64,000 nt of DNA from Nitrosopumilus sp. (GTDB taxonomy: Archaea; Thermoproteota; Nitrososphaeria; Nitrososphaerales; Nitrosopumilaceae). How positions within the stretch are numbered: the stretch's first letter is position 1; every line of letters begins with the position of its first letter. The notes beneath the pieces were generated by a model. That model saw only the letters and a program-made list of their open reading frames with translations. It was not told where the DNA came from and ran no database searches. The translations under genes were made by a program, and so were the position numbers. This document shows, piece after piece, positions 61,201 to 64,000 of the stretch. Location: contig OZ240211.1 in the NCBI GenBank assembly GCA_965197525.1, positions 256,001 through 320,000 of the forward strand. Direction: 5' to 3'.

Positions 61201-63041
61201 CTGATGGTACAACCAAGACCATCCACAACCGCTCCGGAGGCAGCACCGATGACATAGACCAGACATACACACCAAACTTTGCAGGCGTTTCAATTGCAGG
61301 TACCTGGACGCTACAGATAAACGACGACTATGCAGCTGCCGATGACGGTACCCTGAACAGCTGGACGCTTACGATCAATCCTAGTAGTAGTAGTAGTGAT
61401 ACCTCAAACCCTGTAACATCGATCTCAGGTTCTGGCAATACGTATTACGTGACAGTCTCTGCCACACAGGACGGCACATACAACCTTGATCTGGTATCGT
61501 CAGGGCACGAGATTGTTGACACGGCAAACAATCATCTTACAAACACTACACCTACTTATGCTGACCACACCTACACGGTCAGCACCGTACCTGCTGACAC
61601 CACTGCGCCAACACTATCATCAATTGAGAGATACAATCCTGTTACTGCAACTACCGACAGCCAGACGCTAATCTACGAGGTGACCTTTAGCGAATCAGTA
61701 ACCGAAGTGGACAAGACTGACTTTGCCTTGTCTTCTGATAGCACGGGTGGAGTCAGTTCTGCCCAGTTCACACAGACACGTTCTCCTGACATTGACATAA
61801 CTGCAGCCAACACCATAACGGATACCATCACAGTCCCAGACTCTGGTACTGTTACGTCAGTCTCAGTCGCTATAGATGTCTCCCATACGTACATAAGCGA
61901 CTTGAAGATAGATCTTGTTGCACCTGATGGTACAACCAAGACCATCCACAACCGCTCCGGAGGCAGCACCGATGACATAGACCAGACATACACACCAAAC
62001 TTTGCAGGCGTTTCAATTGCAGGTACCTGGACGCTACAGATAAACGACGACTATGCAGCTGCCGATGACGGTACCCTGAACAGCTGGACGCTTACGATCA
62101 ATCCTAGTAGTAGTAGTAGTGATACCTCAAACCCTGTAACATCGATCTCAGGTTCTGGCAATACGTATTACGTGACAGTCTCTGCCACACAGGACGGCAC
62201 ATACAACCTTGATCTGGTATCGTCAGGGCACGAGATTGTTGACACGGCAAACAATCATCTTACAAACACTACACCTACTTATGCTGACCACACCTACACG
62301 GTCAGCACCGTACCTGCTGACACCACTGCGCCAACACTATCATCAATTGAGAGATACAATCCTGTTACTGCAACTACCGACAGCCAGACGCTAATCTACG
62401 AGGTGACCTTTAGCGAATCAGTAACCGAAGTGGACAAGACTGACTTTGCCTTGTCTTCTGATAGCACGGGTGGAGTCAGTTCTGCCCAGTTCACACAGAC
62501 ACGTTCTCCTGACATTGACATAACTGCAGCCAACACCATAACGGATACCATCACAGTCCCAGACTCTGGTACTGTTACGTCAGTCTCAGTCGCTATAGAT
62601 GTCTCCCATACGTACATAAGCGACTTGAAGATAGATCTTGTTGCACCTGATGGTACAACCAAGACCATCCACAACCGCTCCGGAGGCAGCACCGATGACA
62701 TAGACCAGACATACACACCAAACTTTGCAGGCGTTTCAATTGCAGGTACCTGGACGCTACAGATAAACGACGACTATGCAGCTGCCGATGACGGTACCCT
62801 GAACAGCTGGACGCTTACGATCAATCCTAGTAGTAGTAGTAGTGATACCTCAAACCCTGTAACATCGATCTCAGGTTCTGGCAATACGTATTACGTGACA
62901 GTCTCTGCCACACAGGACGGCACATACAACCTTGATCTGGTATCGTCAGGGCACGACATCACAGATGAATCAAGCAATCCTCTTACAAATACTGCACCTA
63001 CTGATGCTGACCATACTTACACCGTCAGTACCACAGGTTGA
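58293..63041 (+). CDS. large secreted/surface protein: LVIVD-type beta-propeller, two Ig-like domains, four Ig/P-domain modules
   Basis: Signal peptide MKWLVVVTLAS (ATG 58293); about 7 repeats of STYALV....G.QIIDITDP..P; DVSHTYISDLKIDLVAPDG...GTWTLQIND P-domain x4; no protease catalytic domain. Confidence 0.92.
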   Translation: MKWLVVVTLASTLLGLYGYAFASSVIITSPIAFVTDGVDGFEELEGPKGITTVTIGSSTYALAASYKDDGVQIIDITDPYHPSPVAAVTDGVDGFEELEGARDITTATIGSSTYAIVTSSVDHGIQIINITNPSDPAPASHISSITGTYFKDPREVATVLIGSSTYALIAAHGSGVHIMNITDPYDPNHVASLYDGSKGFEALGNPRGITTTTIESSTYAVVAAFEGAVQIINITDPSKPTPVGAVHNSPDTRLGGATAVTVITSSSSMYALVAAQTDNAVQIIDITDLSNPDPVTFVQHGVAGFDALRYLETITTITFDSSTYALVTSFIDGIQIVDVTDPSSPPPPPAAFVSKYDDRFEGFPFPEDTTVIKIDSRTYAIVVSNVGNGVQIIDIDLTSGPVLASATLNEEAGMLEITFSDTVDVTPAGMVDLSGLTIRDAGQSVSLAGAILNTEVDSAAISIELTEMQGRLVATMASPRLDISDSAVIDTSGNLIELSRGNIITVNDSVAPEIVSAIIDGNTSILEITFSDRIDATPAFRIHVAGMTVRDSGQSVSLAGATPRTEVDSAVISIEMTEDQRQSIAVLASPLLDASYFSIVDTDGNPIEASSGNTITVKNVNQVPTVTSIERSDPVEEVTSEQTLVYEVTFSESVTEVDKTDFALSSDSTGGVSSAQFTQTRSPDIDITAANTITDTITVPDSGTVTSVSVAIDVSHTYISDLKIDLVAPDGTTKTIHNRSGGSTDDIDQTYTPNFAGVSIAGTWTLQINDDYAAADDGTLNSWTLTINPSSSSSDTSNPVTSISGSGNTYYVTVSATQDGTYNLDLVSSGHEIVDTANNHLTNTTPTYADHTYTVSTVPADTTAPTLSSIERYNPVTATTDSQTLIYEVTFSESVTEVDKTDFALSSDSTGGVSSAQFTQTRSPDIDITAANTITDTITVPDSGTVTSVSVAIDVSHTYISDLKIDLVAPDGTTKTIHNRSGGSTDDIDQTYTPNFAGVSIAGTWTLQINDDYAAADDGTLNSWTLTINPSSSSSDTSNPVTSISGSGNTYYVTVSATQDGTYNLDLVSSGHEIVDTANNHLTNTTPTYADHTYTVSTVPADTTAPTLSSIERYNPVTATTDSQTLIYEVTFSESVTEVDKTDFALSSDSTGGVSSAQFTQTRSPDIDITAANTITDTITVPDSGTVTSVSVAIDVSHTYISDLKIDLVAPDGTTKTIHNRSGGSTDDIDQTYTPNFAGVSIAGTWTLQINDDYAAADDGTLNSWTLTINPSSSSSDTSNPVTSISGSGNTYYVTVSATQDGTYNLDLVSSGHEIVDTANNHLTNTTPTYADHTYTVSTVPADTTAPTLSSIERYNPVTATTDSQTLIYEVTFSESVTEVDKTDFALSSDSTGGVSSAQFTQTRSPDIDITAANTITDTITVPDSGTVTSVSVAIDVSHTYISDLKIDLVAPDGTTKTIHNRSGGSTDDIDQTYTPNFAGVSIAGTWTLQINDDYAAADDGTLNSWTLTINPSSSSSDTSNPVTSISGSGNTYYVTVSATQDGTYNLDLVSSGHDITDESSNPLTNTAPTDADHTYTVSTTG
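59328..59338 (+). repeat. C11 homopolymer inside the coding frame
   Basis: agt cca ccc ccc ccc cct gct encodes SPPPPPA, where sister repeats have e.g. SDPAP or YHPSP. Confidence 0.95.
60226..62956. repeat. 3.8 tandem apparently identical 723-bp (241-aa) units
   Basis: Shadow ORFs recur at 60227, 60950, 61673 and 62396 with identical translations; identity breaks at 60225 and 62957. Confidence 0.95.
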
Positions 63042-63209
63042 GGACGCATCATATAGATGCTTGAACGATTCATAAGTGATATAGTAAGTATTTTATTTTG
63101 TGTTTTAAAAGAATTTAGTTACCCATGTATACTGATAATCAAAAGTTTATCGGTATGTAAATTTTACCAGACCACAAACCGTATTGGTTACATCATACCA
63201 AATTTATGT

Positions 63210-63606
63210 ATGGGCACAAAACCAGAAGATCTCAAAAAAACGTACAAGAAGGAAAAGGACATCAGAATCAAAGTTAGAATGGTTGCAGTAAACATGGTAG
63301 TCTTTAACAACGAAAGCATTGCGCATGCGGCAGATTTGCTCATGCAATGTCCTGATTGGATGTCCTCGTGGGTCAAACGCTTCAGGGACGAGAACCTAGA
63401 AAGCCTCCGGGATCTTCCCCGCACTTGACGGCCACCCAAAGTGTCACTCGAAGAGATCAACAGAATTCTCTCAAAGACAAATTACATCATCACGCCGAAA
63501 GTACTCCATGAAGACATCCACAAAAAATATGGGATAAAATACCACATGACATCTGTCAGAAGAATACTGCGACGCTGTAACATGTCTGCCAAGACACCAC
63601 ACCCCT
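63210..63606 (+). mobile_element. IS630-family transposase N-terminal (HTH) pseudogene
   Basis: MGTKPEDLKKTYKKEKD.RIKVRM...WVKRFRDENLESLRDLPRT*RPPKV...VRRILRRCNMSAKTP; in-frame TGA at 63426 (GGA expected); DDE domain absent. Confidence 0.85.
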
Positions 63607-63690
63607 CCTGCAGTGAAACTGTTATTGACCAACAAACCGGTAAGGAATATGATGTTAGGTAGAGAGGTATACTATTTTCAGGATCCTACA
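63607..63690 (+). mobile_element. right end of an IS481-like element, homologous to 865-948
   Basis: cctgcagtgaaactgttattgacc...gatgttaggtagagaggtat...ggatcctaca matches the reverse complement of 865-948. Confidence 0.75.
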
Positions 63691-64000
63691 ATCTACTGTG
63701 CTAATCTAAAATCTTTTATATATGATTTGTTTTACTAATTAATATGATATTTAAAGATGTATACGCATTAGTCTTAGTCATGTTCAGCCCAATAATAATA
63801 ATCAAGACAAATATGAAATCATTTATAGAAAACACCCCAACATCACATACAATACAATCTATAGATCCGTTGTATATAAAAGAGAATCAAGGATGGATGA
63901 TGATGTCTCATCTATCACATACGACCAAAACATACTGTATTGAACTTGAGTCTTAAAACGCGTGATTTGCATAAAAGTTTTTCAGGATTAAATGTGATTA

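Noticed and set aside
4881-63460. Numerous antisense or out-of-frame ORFs overlapping well-supported genes
   Set aside because: Shadow ORFs of real genes; the repeated ones (60227, 60950, 61673, 62396; 55045, 56221) only reflect the DNA repeats.
54010-64000. tRNA-Asn as the att site of an integrated island covering the downstream surface genes
   Set aside because: No repeat of the tRNA 3' end and no intact integrase were found in the window.

Overview
64-kb chromosomal segment of an ammonia-oxidising archaeon (Nitrososphaerota/Thaumarchaeota, most likely Nitrosopumilaceae). The assignment rests on gene content and order: archaeal r-proteins and RNase P subunit, type II GAPDH, ESCRT-III/CdvB paralogue, proteasome alpha, bacterial-type HMG-CoA synthase and class II reductase, and a CFI-box-CTERM protein. 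Core blocks: urease accessory genes ureEFGD with a UreA-like ORF and two divergent DUR3 urea transporters (no ureB/ureC in the window); thrC; gap; bioD/F/B/A; ccdA-thioredoxin; psmA; the L3-L6 ribosomal protein cluster; tRNA-Asn(GTT). Accessory or eroding material sits between them: IS481, IS5 and IS630 remnants, a broken tyrosine recombinase, two probable toxin-antitoxin pairs whose tiny antitoxin ORFs are missing from the ORF track (Doc-TPR and GNAT), and large repeat-built surface proteins. One surface-protein gene is broken by an A7 frameshift plus one amber codon; another has 3.8 apparently identical 723-bp P-domain/Ig modules and an in-frame C11 tract. Strongest observations: (1) an intact-looking TnpB enclosed by perfect 26-bp terminal inverted repeats resembling IS6-type DDE ends, whereas IS200/IS605/IS607 elements have no TIRs; (2) a 7-copy 17-bp array at 34.6-34.8 kb whose unit partly resembles that TIR; (3) a 46-bp hairpin insertion that separates the FAD synthase from its intact C-terminus. 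All alignments and counts were done by eye; no database search was possible.
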